Notes under the pieces: model-generated
The model's database searches: none
Seen by the model: only the letters and a program-made list of their open reading frames with translations
What the model was told of the DNA's origin: nothing
In this document: positions 11,056 to 23,158 of the stretch, in pieces
Position numbering within the stretch: position 1 is the first letter of the stretch
Layout of the letters: each line of letters starts with the position of its first letter
Assembly: GCF_006345805.1 (NCBI RefSeq)
Contig: NC_043010.1
Span: 5,270,001-5,334,000, forward strand
Direction: 5' to 3'
From: Octopus sinensis
Taxonomy: Eukaryota
Length of the DNA: 64,000 nt
Program-made: the position numbers and the translations under genes

Positions 11056-11960
11056 GACATAGACACAGACACAGACACACACACACACAAAAACATAGAC
11101 ACATACACACACACACAAAGATGTGGACACACACATAGACACACACTCACACACACACACAAAGACATAGACACATACACACACACACAAAGGTATGGAC
11201 ACACACATAGACACAAAGACTCAAACACACATACACACATACGCACACCCACACACACATACACACACACACATACACACACACATACACACACACATAC
11301 ATACACACACATGCATGCAGAGAAGCACACCCAAAGGAGCAAGCACACAGACACACAAACGTGCAGAATCTAATGTACAAGCAGAGGCACAGACACACAC
11401 ACACTCAAACACACACAAAGCCATAGACACATACACACACACGCAAAGACATGGACACACACAGACATAAAGTACACCTAAATAAACACACATACACACA
11501 AACATGCACTCACATATTTATAAGCATGCACAAAGACACAATGACACATGTGCGCACGTGCATGCAAACACTCACCTATGCAATGAAGAACAGGCACGCA
11601 AGTACACACGCATACACACAAACCCTCAAACATACACACACAACCACACAACCACATGCGCATACACAAAAACACAGACACACAAGCATACACATGTAAA
11701 TATACGAGTATACATGCACACACACAAACACACGCACACATAAACATACAAATACACAGACACGAAGGGATGCATATACAAGCGCACAAATGCACAAAGA
11801 AGTATGCAAGTGCAAATACACACATGCACACACGCACTCTTTGTCATGCAAATGCACACATGCACACACGCACTCTTTGTCATGCAAATGCACACATAGA
11901 AACATATACACTAATATATATGCACACACATGTACATACAAGGAGCAACATACAAACAGT
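10200..11960. repeat. Compound (TA)n/(GA)n/(CA)n microsatellite mosaic
   Basis: Direct reading; internal duplications such as AAAGACATAGACACAGACAC units and a 36-bp direct repeat near 11820-11892. Confidence 0.95.
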
Positions 11961-12070
11961 CACACACTCATAACAACAAACAACAAACAAACCTACAAAA
12001 TAACATGTAAATAAAAAGAAAGCTTATGCACATACAAATATAGAAACACAATACTGAATTGAGACATGCA

Positions 12071-12435
12071 GGCATAGGAGTGGCTGTGTGGTAAGTAGCT
12101 TGCTTACGAACCACATGATTCCGGTTTCAGTCCCACTGCGTGGCACCTTGGGCAAGTGTCTTCTACAATAGCCTCGGGCCAACCAAAGCCTTGTAAGTGG
12201 ATTTGGTAGACGGAAACTGAAAGAAGCCCGTCATATATATGTATATATATATATGTATGTGTGTGTATATGTTTGTGTGTTTGTGTTTGTCCCCACCAAC
12301 ATCACTTGACAACCAATGCTGGTGTGTTTACGTCCCCGTAACTTAGCGGTTCGGCAAAAGAGACCGATGGAATAAGTACTAGGCTTACAAAGAATAAGTC
12401 CTGGGGGTTGATTTGCTCGACTAAAGGCGGTGCCA
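12071..12435 (+). mobile_element. SINE family A, 3' end truncated
   Basis: Head and body present; stops at GGCGGTGCC. Confidence 0.9.
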
Positions 12436-13542
12436 CATCCAGCAACTGAAACAAGTCAGGCATAAGCAGACATACAAACGCAGCTCCTACAGGGTAACAA
12501 AGGATGCATCTAAGCCTGAGGCCTGTGACCTGTCCTGCGTAGCATGGGAAGGACACACAATGTTGACATATGCCAAGACCTAAAAAAAATGTCCAAAAGG
12601 GAGCAAATCTGCGCAATTGGTAACTGAAACAAAACAACCGTAATAGGTAAGGAATAGAACCAGTGGAGGATGTCAGATGCTGTAAGCTTGATATAGTTGA
12701 AGGGTTTTCTCAGCAAAGTTCTGAGGCCCTGACACTGTAAATTTGGATGAAGAATGGAAAATCCACTATTTCGGTATGGTGCCAGGAATGGCTGCATAGG
12801 TGGGGGTGGGGAAACTCAGAGGTCACCAGCAATCAGAATATGCTATGGATTGGGTCCTGTAGGGAGGGATACCTCTGTCTGTCTGTCTGTTTATCTGTCT
12901 GTCTGTATGTATGTATGTATGCATGTATGTGTGCATGTATGTATGCATATGTGTATGTGTATGTGTGTGTGCAATGACAGACAAAGTGCCAGACCAGTAG
13001 AATGAGTGATGCTTCTATTCTGACTTATTCTCTCTCACACACACATCTACACACACAAACATACACATTAATAATTACAGAGATGCATATGTCTATCCGT
13101 ATACATCATATGCTTATATGTTGTTCAACTGCTGACACCTGTTTTTATATGAACTAATCTAATTTTCCTCATTAACTCTAAAACTTTGCACCTGTTCTTC
13201 GTTCTTGAAAGGTCTTTCAGAGTTTTTGACCAATTATCCTTCTTGTTCTTTTCCTTATTGTTTTTGCAATCATTTATTCTCTAACATTTAGGGTGTCATA
13301 GATTTTTGTTGTCTCAATATACTTCATCAGTTTCATAGGAAATATAAAGCTATATACTTAATCCAAGATTCAAAGTTGAGTGATACTTTGACTGAAGTGG
13401 GTTTAGCACATGTCACTGCAATAATATTGGGTATTATGTCTGCATGTATATTAATAATGAACGTGGTGATAATGATGATAACAACAACAGCAGCAACAAA
13501 AATGATGATGATGATTTCAAATTTTTGCCCCAAGGGCAGCTT

Positions 13543-13806
13543 AAAATAAGAAAATAAATGTTCCTTCTTGAGCCATGCCAGGCTCATAAGGGCTAGTTTC
13601 CCAGTTTCAATGACATAGAAATTTCCCACCTGGATGGGACACCAGTCCGTCAAAGGATTACTCATTTTTGCCAGCTGAATGGACTGGAGCAATGTGAAAA
13701 TGAAGTGTTTTGCTCAAGAACACAACACATCACCCAGTCCAGGAATCGAAACCACAACCTTACGATCATGAGTTCAACACCCCAACTACTAAGCCATGTG
13801 CCTCTA
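13543..13806 (-). mobile_element. tRNA-derived SINE family D with 12-bp TSD
   Basis: Minus head GTAGAGGCACATGGCTTAGTAGTT..GGTTTCGATTCC, GTGTTCTTGAGCAAAACAC, GTCCCATCCAGG; flanked by CAAGGGCAGCTT at 13531-13542 and 13807-13818. Confidence 0.85.
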
Positions 13807-13818
13807 CAAGGGCAGCTT

Positions 13819-14080
13819 GGGAGAGGGGGTTAAGTTGATTACATTGATCCCAGTGCATAAGTGGTTCTTATTTAATCGACCCTGAAAGGATGAAAAGAAA
13901 AGTCAACCTCAGCGGAATTTGAACTCAGAATGTAGTGTTCAAATTCTGCCTTCTACTAAAGTTACAAGGCCTGAAATTTTAGGAGAGGGGACTTGTCAAT
14001 TACATCGACTTCAGTGTTTCACTGGAACTTAACTTATTGACCACCAAAAGGATGAAAGGCAAAGTCAATCTCAATGGAAT
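13819..14080 (-). mobile_element. Two degenerate SINE family B fragments
   Basis: Two copies of the GAAAGGATGAAAGGCAAAGTCAA block. Confidence 0.75.
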
Positions 14081-14846
14081 TGACAGGGTCCCCGATCCCT
14101 TATCTGGTGGGTGATGTGGAAACTGGGAATTGCCAAATGATTAATAAGAGCTGTGCAGGGATGCCATTAGTAAGGTAAGGGTCGGCAATGAGTATAGTGA
14201 AGAATTCTGGGTAGAAGTAGGGGTTCACCAAGGATCAGCCCTCAGCCCCCTCTTATTTATCATAGTCGTCCAGGCAATAACAGAGGAATTCAAGACAGGT
14301 TGCCCCTGGGAGCTCCTCTATGCTGATAACCTTGCTCTCATAGAGGAATCACTACCATAATTTGAGAAGAAATTTCAAGTGTGGAAGCAAGGTTTAGAAT
14401 CAAAGGGCCTTAGAGTCAATGTTGGGCCTCACAGAGGCAATGATGAAAGACCAAGACCTCTGGAGATATGCTGTGATTGAGAAGACCCAGTAAGTAAAGT
14501 GAGATCACAGCTGTAACCTACACCAGTGTGGCATAACCAGCTCTGAATCATCAGATGACACACTCTGTGCCTGAGGAGACCTACTGAGTCAAGTAAAATC
14601 AAAATCAAAATCAAAATCAAAAATCAAATCATAATCAAATGGAAATTGTAGTTGTGGCCAACGCTAGTGCTGCTTGACTGGCTCCCGTGCTGGTGGCATG
14701 CAATAAGCACCATTCATGCGTGGGTTATTGCCAGTACCGCCTGACTGGCTCCCTGTGCTGGTGGTACATAAAAAGCACCATTAGAACGTGGTTGATGCCA
14801 GTGCCACCTGACTGGCTCCCATGCCGGTGGCATGTAAAAAGCACCT
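14081..14846 (+). mobile_element. RTE-clade LINE remnant: RT core fused to ORF2 C-terminus and 3' UTR
   Basis: DAISKVRVGNEYSEEFWVEVGVHQGSALSPLLFIIVVQAITEEFKTGCPWELLYADNLAL..LESKGLRVNV then GLTEAMMKDQDLWRYAVIEKTQ* (stop 14491-14493), followed by family C repeat units. Confidence 0.9.
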
Positions 14847-14906
14847 GCTACATTCTTCAGAACTGTGCCCCATCATGGCCATAGTCTAATGATGTGTTGT
14901 GTAAGC

Positions 14907-15202
14907 CAGTGCTACTCAGTGTGGTGGTCCGTGGACCGGTGCCAGTCCGTGAGCCATCAGTTTCCAGTACAAGGCGATTTCCTAGAAAAGAAAGAAACAT
15001 TATAAAATGCTTCTAAAATGCTTATGTAATATTGTATCATTTGTTTACAAAATAAATCTAAGATAAAAAAAATTATCAACTTTTATATTTATTATATATA
15101 TATTGTTTCCGGTATAAATTAATATTACTAAGAAATATTACCGGTCCCTGGCACATTTGTAAAAAAACTGCCTGTACACCACAGGTAGTTTGAGAAGCTC
15201 TT
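14907..15202. mobile_element. hAT (Charlie/MER5-like) MITE
   Basis: Starts CAGTGCTACTCAGTGTGGTGGTCCGTGGACCGGT, ends GTAGTTTGAGAAGCTCTT (degenerate TIR), AT-rich interior. Confidence 0.55.
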
Positions 15203-15574
15203 GGGGTAAGCAATACTGGATCAACAATATGTACAGGCTTTGCTGCCTTCACTCCTAAAATTATCATTGAAGGTCATCATTGGATATGAGTGGAAAGCCA
15301 TCATAGAGGTATATACATATGGTCATATGTATGTGTGTATATATATATATATATATTGTATATTTAATTGTATATGTATATGTGCTTCTATGCATGTATG
15401 ATTGTATACATGTATATGCATACACATATAGACATATGCATATACATATAGACATACATACATGCACATGCACACACTTGGTACATATAAGAACACACCT
15501 GTATGTGAGTATAGGCATTCACTTACGTGTGTGTTTATACATACATATATATATATATATATCTTTCTTTTTTC

Positions 15575-15973
15575 TTTCTTTTTACTTGTTTCAGTCATTT
15601 GACAGTGGCCATGCTGGAGCACCACCTTTAGTCGAGCAAATCGACCCCGGGACTTATTCTTTGTAAGCCCAGTACTTATTCTATCAGTCTCTTTTGCCAA
15701 ACCGCTAAGTGACGAGGACGTAAGCACACCAGCATCGGTTGTCAAGCAATGCTAGAGGGACAAACACCGACACACAAACACACACATGCATATATACATA
15801 TACATATATACGATGAGCTTCTTTCAGTTTCCATCTACCAAATACATTCACAAGGCTTTGCTTGGCCCGAGGCTATAGTAGAAGACACTTGCCCAAGGTG
15901 CCACGCAGTGGGACTGAACCCGGAACCATGTGGTTGGTAGACAAGCCACTTACCACACAGCCGCTCCTGCGCC
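15575..15973 (-). mobile_element. SINE family A, full length
   Basis: Reverse complement of all family A blocks. Confidence 0.9.
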
Positions 15974-16022
15974 TATACATATATATATATATATATATTG
16001 TGTGTGTGTATAGATAGATATG

Positions 16023-16099
<77 letters not shown>

Positions 16100-17074
16100 G
16101 CATACGTACATAAATACATACAGATGCACGTGTGCACACACACAACACACATACATGCCTGCACACACTCATGCACACATACACACAATTACACAAACTC
16201 GCAAACATACGCATTCAAACAAACAAGCATACACACACAGCCACACAAGCACATGCACACACACACACACACACAAGCATACACACATAAACATATGAAT
16301 ATACACATCTGTTAAGAGAGAGATACTGCCATACTGATCTCCCAATATCTTCTGCTTTATTCCTGAACAAGGTACATAACTCTGCCTGGTTTCATTTGCT
16401 TTAGATGGTAAAAAATATACTCCATTCTCTACTAAGCAGTCGGTTGGCAGGGAGCTAATCTGAGTGCTTCTGTTGTGCTATTTCTTACTCCATAAGAAAT
16501 AGCAGCATAACTTAAAAATAAAAGTCACATTAAGGTATATATTCTAAGGCATCATTCCCTAAAATAAAAGCAAAATCCAGGCTTATTGAGAGTTAAGTGT
16601 TAGCAACAATGCTTTACAGTTATTCTTATTTAGCCCTGGGTCAGTACTGGTTGAGGAGACTTATGATTAAAGACAGTCCAGCCATGAAAATCATATCTTT
16701 TCTAAGCATTATAGACTTAAGACTAAACTACATGGCATTATGTGGGTTATTTTTTTTTTTTAAGACAGAAGTGTAATTTGAGTGGGACTTGGGCTGCTGT
16801 TTTTGGCAGGTCAAGTAATTATCTTATTGGCTTGGCTCAGATGAGTGGTCAGGCTGTGTAAGAAGTATTCCTATAAATGTATATTTTCATATGTGAGTGT
16901 ATGTAAATGCAAAACGACATTAGATATTTTGTGTGTGCATGTGTGTGTGTGCACACGTGTGTGTGAGTGTGTGCGTGTGCTTAGATGCATACACTCATTG
17001 ATGTAATACACACACACATATATATGCACATAGATGTATATACTTATATATATATATATATATATCTATGAATA

Positions 17075-17385
17075 ACTAATGTAGGATAAAAAAATTTTTT
17101 TCGGGAAAAATTTTTTATCAATGGCCAGCATATCAAAAAATACCTTTAAAGGTTAAATTTATCAATAATTTACAAAATAAGGGCAAAAGAAAAATTCTAA
17201 TGCCAAATATGCCGAAAAAAAGACAAAAATTGTCAATAACCATTATAATTTATGCGTCTCAAAACAAACCGATAGAAATTTCTAAAAAATCCGTTATTAG
17301 CGTATTGGTCCCAATTTCGGGGTTAATTCATAAGAATTTTCCCCTCTTCAGCGATAAATACGTAAGATATAAGTGACATACTTAC
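17075..17385 (-). mobile_element. ~310-bp hammerhead-bearing element in (TA)n (Penelope pLTR-like or retrozyme-like)
   Basis: CpG-containing non-coding insert bounded by the direct repeat CTATGAATA (17066-17074, 17386-17394) and by (TA)n on both sides; contains a full hammerhead motif. Confidence 0.7.
17292..17362 (-). ncRNA. Type I hammerhead ribozyme motif
   Basis: Minus strand: CGUAUUUAUCG-CUGAAGA-GGGG AA AAUUC UUAU GAAUU AA CCCC-GAAA-UUGG GA CCAAU A^CGCUAAUAACG; stem I 8/11 paired; cleavage triplet AUA, between 17303 and 17302. Confidence 0.85.
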
Positions 17386-17752
17386 CTATGAATATATATA
17401 TATATACACATGTGTCTATGTGTGTAAGTATGCACACACATACAAATCCAATACATCTATACTGCATTTCCCCTAATATAATATATATGTGTGTGTATTA
17501 GTGTAAGAGAGATGTAGTATGGATTTGCGCGGTTAACCAATGCCCTTATCCCAATAAGGTAACTGCAGGAAAATACTTTGCTAGCTGTGAGCCATTGTAC
17601 CCAGCATTTGTTGACCTGGAGAAGATCTTTGACAGAATTCCATAATCTGATGATCAGTGAGAAAGCTAAGGATGGGTGAATATTAAACACAAGCCTTGTA
17701 CAGAGTTGATGTCAATAGGATGAGTGTGAGCCATGAGTACAGCAAGAAATTT

Positions 17753-18112
17753 AAAAAGCACCGTCGGATCATGGCCGTTTGCCAGCCTCGTCTGGCACCT
17801 GTGCAGGTGGCACGTAAAGAGCACCAACCGATCGTGGCCATTTGCCAGCCTCGTCTGGCACCTGTGCAGGTGGCACGTAAAAAGCACCATCCGACCGTGG
17901 CCGTTTGCCAGCCTCGTCTGGCACCTGTGCAGGTGGTATGTAAAAAGCACCCACTACACTTGCGGAGTGGTTGGCGTTAGGAAGGGCATCCATCTGTAGA
18001 AACACTGCCAGATCAGACTGGGCCTGGCGCAGCCTTCTGGCTTCCCAGACCCCAGTTGAACAGTCCAAACCATGCTAGCATGGAAAACCGATGTTAAACG
18101 ATGATGATGATG
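17753..18112 (+). mobile_element. Family C copy with three near-identical 63-bp units
   Basis: TGCCAGCCTCGTCTGGCACC starts at 17780, 17843 and 17906; then GGCGTTAGGAAGGGCATCC and an (ATG)n tail. Confidence 0.9.
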
Positions 18113-18580
18113 TAAGTATCCACCAGCATTCTATCCTCGGCCCACTTCAGTTTAGCATAGACCTCTAGACTGTAGCATAAGAGTTTAAGATTGGGTAAGT
18201 GTAGGAACACCTTTCTGATGAGATTCCGTATAGTTGAATCTGCAGTAAATTTAGTGAAGGGAATTCAGATGTAGAAGAAAAAATTAGAACCACGAAGCCT
18301 CAAGTAGGAAAGAAGGCAGTCCTTTCTACTGTCAGGGAAATGGTTGTGTTTGATATATGGAAAAAGGTGTTGGAAGAAATTCTGTGTAGTTTATCCAGTG
18401 TAAACTATGGATGCACAAGCAGGCAGCTTAACAGGGAGGGTAGACTTTGCATGTACAGCAGGAGTAAACACTAAGAGCACAAATAAAACAGATTCATTCA
18501 AAGGCCTGAACAGCTTCCTTCAAAAAAACAGATAGTTTTTGTTGCTTAGGTGATCTTAGTAGCCAGTAAAGCTGATTTAG

Positions 18581-18748
18581 CACAGGAGTGGCAATGTGGT
18601 AAGTAGCTTGCTTACCAACCACATGGTTCTGGGTTCAGTCCCACTACATGGCACCTTGGGCAAGTGTCTTCTACTATAGCCTCAGCCAACCAAAGCCTTG
18701 TTAGGGGATTTGGTAGACGGAAACTGAAAGAAGCCCGTCGTATATATG

Positions 18749-18783
<35 letters not shown>

Positions 18784-19001
18784 TTGTGTCTGTGGTTGTC
18801 CCCGCAAAAATCGCTTGACAACCAATGCTGGTGTGTTTATGTCCCATAACTTAGAAGTTCAGCCAAAGAGACCAATAGAATAAGTACCAGGCTTACAAAG
18901 AATAAGTCCTGGGTTCAATTTGCTCGACTAAAGGAAGTGCTCCAGCATGGCAGCAGTCAAATGACTGAAACAAGTAAAAGAATAAAAAGAGTAAAAAGAG
19001 T
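18581..19001 (+). mobile_element. SINE family A, full length
   Basis: All family A blocks. Confidence 0.9.
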
Positions 19002-19662
19002 AGTAACAAAGTATAGGCCTTGAATGTTGAGGATTTGTGAAGATAAGAAAGTCGGGAAGAAAGCAAGTGCTTCCAGATATGTCATGTTGATGTACATGAA
19101 TGATGGAGCACATATGAGCTGAGAGAAAATTGGGTATACAAAAGATTAGATGAGTAGTCTGCTGTGATATCAGTATGTGATGTGTGAGGAAACTGTGAAC
19201 TGTATAAAGAAGTACAGGGTAATCAAAGTAGATGGAGCCTGTGGAAGAGAAGGACAGTGGGAGACATGAGATAAAGTAGTGAAGACTAGTCTTAAGATAT
19301 CAAATGCAGCCATTTCTTTTATGATAGTAAAGCTTGCTTCCTCTTCTACTTGTTGCCCCTCAAATCTAGGTTTTGCTTCTATGTCTGAAATTACGTTTTT
19401 AAACCTAAGACAGATTTTGCAATAAGTACTTGCTCATCAGCCTCATAAAGTTCAAGTCAAAAGACCACATTGATTGAAAACATATGGTGCTGAATAAGAC
19501 ACATTCACTAGTGCAAGCACAGCATAATGGACATTAAACCTTTTTCTGTGGAATTCAGATATATCTACTAAAATTTTTATCACCTTTAACTGTGGAAAGC
19601 AGATTTATATACCAATCTATCTTTTGTTGAGGAATGTCATGTTTGAGACTATTTTTCATTGA

Positions 19663-19911
19663 GATATCCTAAAAACCACCATGATATCCTAAGACCACCT
19701 TGGTATCCTAAAACCACCTTGATATCTTAAAGCCATCTTGATATCTTAAAACCAGCTTGATTTCCTAAAACCACCTCAATATCCTAAAACTACCTTGATA
19801 TTCTAAAATCACTTTGATATCCTAAAATCACCTTGGTATCCTAAAATCACTTTGATATCCAAAAACCACCTTGACATGCTAAAATCATCTTGATATCGTA
19901 AAATCACCTTG
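19663..19911. repeat. 19-bp minisatellite (ATATCCTAAAACCACCTTG), ~13 diverged units
   Basis: Direct reading of tandem units. Confidence 0.9.
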
Positions 19912-20629
19912 GTAATACTTGTCTATGAAAGTTCTGCTCCATACCCACTGGCATCCTCTCTACCCTGTCAATTATCACACACACACACCCGTCCACTGTC
20001 ATTTCATCTCCCATCACTTCTCTCACCTGAGAGTCACCATCCCCAGCACCTGCTTTCTCCGTTACTTGTCTTCCCCCACCTCAAACCACTTCTGTTTCCA
20101 CCCACCCACCCACCCCCGTTATCTTCCCCTACCTACTCTCTCTACCAATCACTTCCTTTGTATGCCTTCTCCCCGCTGCGTGGTTAAAACCTTGTTTATC
20201 TGCTATCACCTTCAATGCCCTTGTGTATCTACCACAACCCCCCACCACTGTGCCTCTCCCAAATTTCTCTCCTCACTTGCCACAGTCACCTCTATCCTGC
20301 CCACCCATCCACTCCAAACTTCTGTATCACTTCATTTATTCTTACCACCCCAAATGTCCCTTGAGGACATGTCCCAACACATCTTTGCCACCATTTCTCT
20401 CACTATTTCTCTCTTTATCTTATTCTCTGATTAGTCAACTCTCTTTATTGTACTCCCTTACTCACCCACTTATGCTTTTCAAATGGGGTATCCATGTACT
20501 TATTCTACAGCAAGACACCTGCCTCTGTCTATTTTTACCTTTCATCTCTCAAATGGCACAAAACCACACACTCCTTGATACTACTCCCACATCCCAGCTG
20601 AGTGTTTTTTGTCTTACAAGGTATTTGGC

Positions 20630-20955
20630 AACCCTGACATACAAAGCACTGGTGCTGGTGCCACGAGAAAAGCCTCCAGTACTCTCTGCAAAGTGGCTGA
20701 TGTTAAGAAGGGCATCCAACCAGAGAGAGACCATGCCAAAACAGACAATGGAGCCTTGTGCAGCTCCTGACCCCTACCAGTTTTTGTCAAAATGTTCAAT
20801 CCATGCCAGCATGGAAAACGGATGTTAAATGCTGAATGTGATGATGGTGATGATGGTGCTGATGGTGGTGGTGGTGGTGGTGGTGGTGGTGGTGGTGGTG
20901 GTGGTGGTGGTGGTGGTGGTGGTGGTGGTGGTGGTGGTGGTGGTGGTGGTGGTGA
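20630..20955 (+). mobile_element. Old family C-related element ending in (GAT)n then (GGT)n
   Basis: GTTAAGAAGGGCATCC..CCATGCCAGCATGGAAAACGGATGTTAAATG followed by a long (GGT)n run. Confidence 0.75.
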
Positions 20956-21257
20956 TGGCAGCGGACCGGACTACTGCATGTTGTTGCACACCACTGGTCA
21001 CAATGCATTTCCTCGCATTGTTTTAGCTTTTGAATGATACCATCTTGCTGGTTAAGCAGGCAGGCAGGTTGGCCAATATTCCCCCAGATCAGAACAGCAG
21101 TCCCTTGCAAGGTTACCCATTTACAGCTGAGTGAACTGAAGCAACATAAACGGAAATGTTTTGCTCAAGAATACAATAGACCACCAGCATGGGGATTGAA
21201 ACCATTATCTTGCATTTGTGAGTGTTACACCTTAATGATTAGATCAAACACCTTCAT

Positions 21258-21324
<67 letters not shown>

Positions 21325-21354
21325 CTTATATATACATTTATATGTCTAAATAGA

Positions 21355-21366
21355 CAGACAGATTAT

Positions 21367-21443
<77 letters not shown>

Positions 21444-21461
21444 TAGACAGACAGACAGATG

Positions 21462-21507
<46 letters not shown>

Positions 21508-21520
21508 TGGACAGACAGAC

Positions 21521-21572
<52 letters not shown>
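21355..21572. repeat. (GATA)n/(GACA)n tetranucleotide array
   Basis: Direct reading. Confidence 0.95.
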
Positions 21573-21573
<1 letters not shown>

Positions 21574-22222
21574 TGATTTTTGGGGGACACACAGGGCTAA
21601 ACACAGAAAATAGACGAAATACAATGTAGATAGATAGATAATGTGGTTCCTTTTGTATGTGTGCATAGGTGTCTGTTTTTGTGTGCATGTGTGTGTGCAT
21701 TTGTGTGTGTGTGTGTGTGTGTGTTTTAACATATAAATTGCTAAGTGACATGTCAAGTTATTTTGTTGGTTGGTTCCCTTCTTTCTGTTATGTTGAAAGA
21801 AGAGAGCAGTCGTTGTACAGAAGAAGGTTGTGTAAGGGAGAAGAAAGTATTGTAAAGAGGTAATAGATAAGTGGAAAATTGATAGAATGGAAGACGGCAA
21901 CTTGTGAGTTAAGAAGTTATGCCAAAAAAAAAAAAATGCCATTTAAATAATAGGTGGTGAAGTGGAAGAGATAGTGTAACAGAGGAGAAGGGGAAAAGAA
22001 GGAAAATAAAGCTCTGCAAGTAGACAGGGAAAAATTAGAGAGGTAATGTGATTAAATAACAGAGGTATAGGAAGTGAGTGAATGATAATGTGAAAGAGAT
22101 ATCGTGTATGACATCAAAGTAGTGAGAGCAACATTGGGAAATGAAGAAAATGTGCGGAGACAGAATTTAGTTGAGAGAAAAATGAGAGAAAAAAAATATA
22201 TATATAATATATATATATATAT

Positions 22223-22293
<71 letters not shown>

Positions 22294-22749
22294 ATATATA
22301 TAATATATATATATATATATTATATATATATAGATGGAGCAGATGTGAAGAAATAAAGGAAGTATAAGAGTAAGTTTGTGAGGACATTAAAGAGAGTGAA
22401 AGTAAAACTAATAAGCATATCTAAAGGAAGACAAAATGAAGGCCAGCAGTTTTATTCTATGAGTTCAGAATGGAATGCAAAGCATTGAAACTGCTTGTAA
22501 TACAAGCTATGTATTTGACCAGAGGATCAGCAATGAATATAGAGTTCAGCATTGGTTATAAAAATTTTGTTGTTTAGGCAGGCGCCAGGGAAGATAAGGA
22601 AAAAGTGACAGATAACCTGCTGCAATTGTTAGTGACCAATTGAGAGGACCACCACTGAAATATAACCATGCAGAACAATTTGGCAAGTTGCAAAAGAATG
22701 AGATGTTGACCGCTCAGGCTTTGCTTAACGTTTTTATCACTTTGGTACG

Positions 22750-22928
22750 GATGTGGTTGTGTGGCTAAGAAGGTTGCTTCCTGAACATGTGATCTTAGGT
22801 TCAGTTCAATCCCACTGCACGATAACTTGTGGGCATAGATGTGGTAAATGGAAACTGAAAGAAGCCTTTTGTATACATGCATACATGCATATATATATAT
22901 ATATATATATTTACATATATTATAAACG

Positions 22929-22992
<64 letters not shown>

Positions 22993-23158
22993 TACAACGA
23001 GCTTCTTCCAGTTTTCATCTACCAAATCGACTCACAAAGTTTTGATTGGCCCAAGGCTATAGTACAAGACACTTGGCCAAGGTGCTATGCAATGGGACTG
23101 AACCTGGAACCATGTGATTGGGAAGCAAGCTGCTTACCACACAGCCACGCCTACGCCT
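22750..23158. mobile_element. Two SINE A 5' halves in inverted orientation sharing one microsatellite
   Basis: Plus-strand head at 22750-22870, (TA)n(CA)n, minus-strand head at 22994-23158; neither 3' half is present. Confidence 0.75.

Larger units (their letters stand above)
17540..19310 (+). mobile_element. Old degenerate RTE-clade ORF2 interrupted by a family C and a family A insertion
   Basis: LQEKYFASCEPLYPAFVDLEKIFDRIP at ~17560-17640; degenerate continuation at 18120-18520; C-terminal YELREKLG..KVDGACGR..DKVVKTSLK-like segment at ~19110-19300. Confidence 0.65.

Noticed and set aside
12440-12880. GC-richer segment after truncated SINE A as a ribozyme or exon
   Set aside because: No complete ribozyme fold or spliceable open frame found; probably an unassigned old repeat.
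18214-18245. CTGATGA plus GATTC/GAATC stem
   Set aside because: No GAAA after the stem; lies within degenerate RT coding sequence.
19405-19440. Hammerhead-like CUGAUGA-GCAA..UUGC on minus strand
   Set aside because: Followed by AAAA rather than GAAA, with no credible stem I or III.
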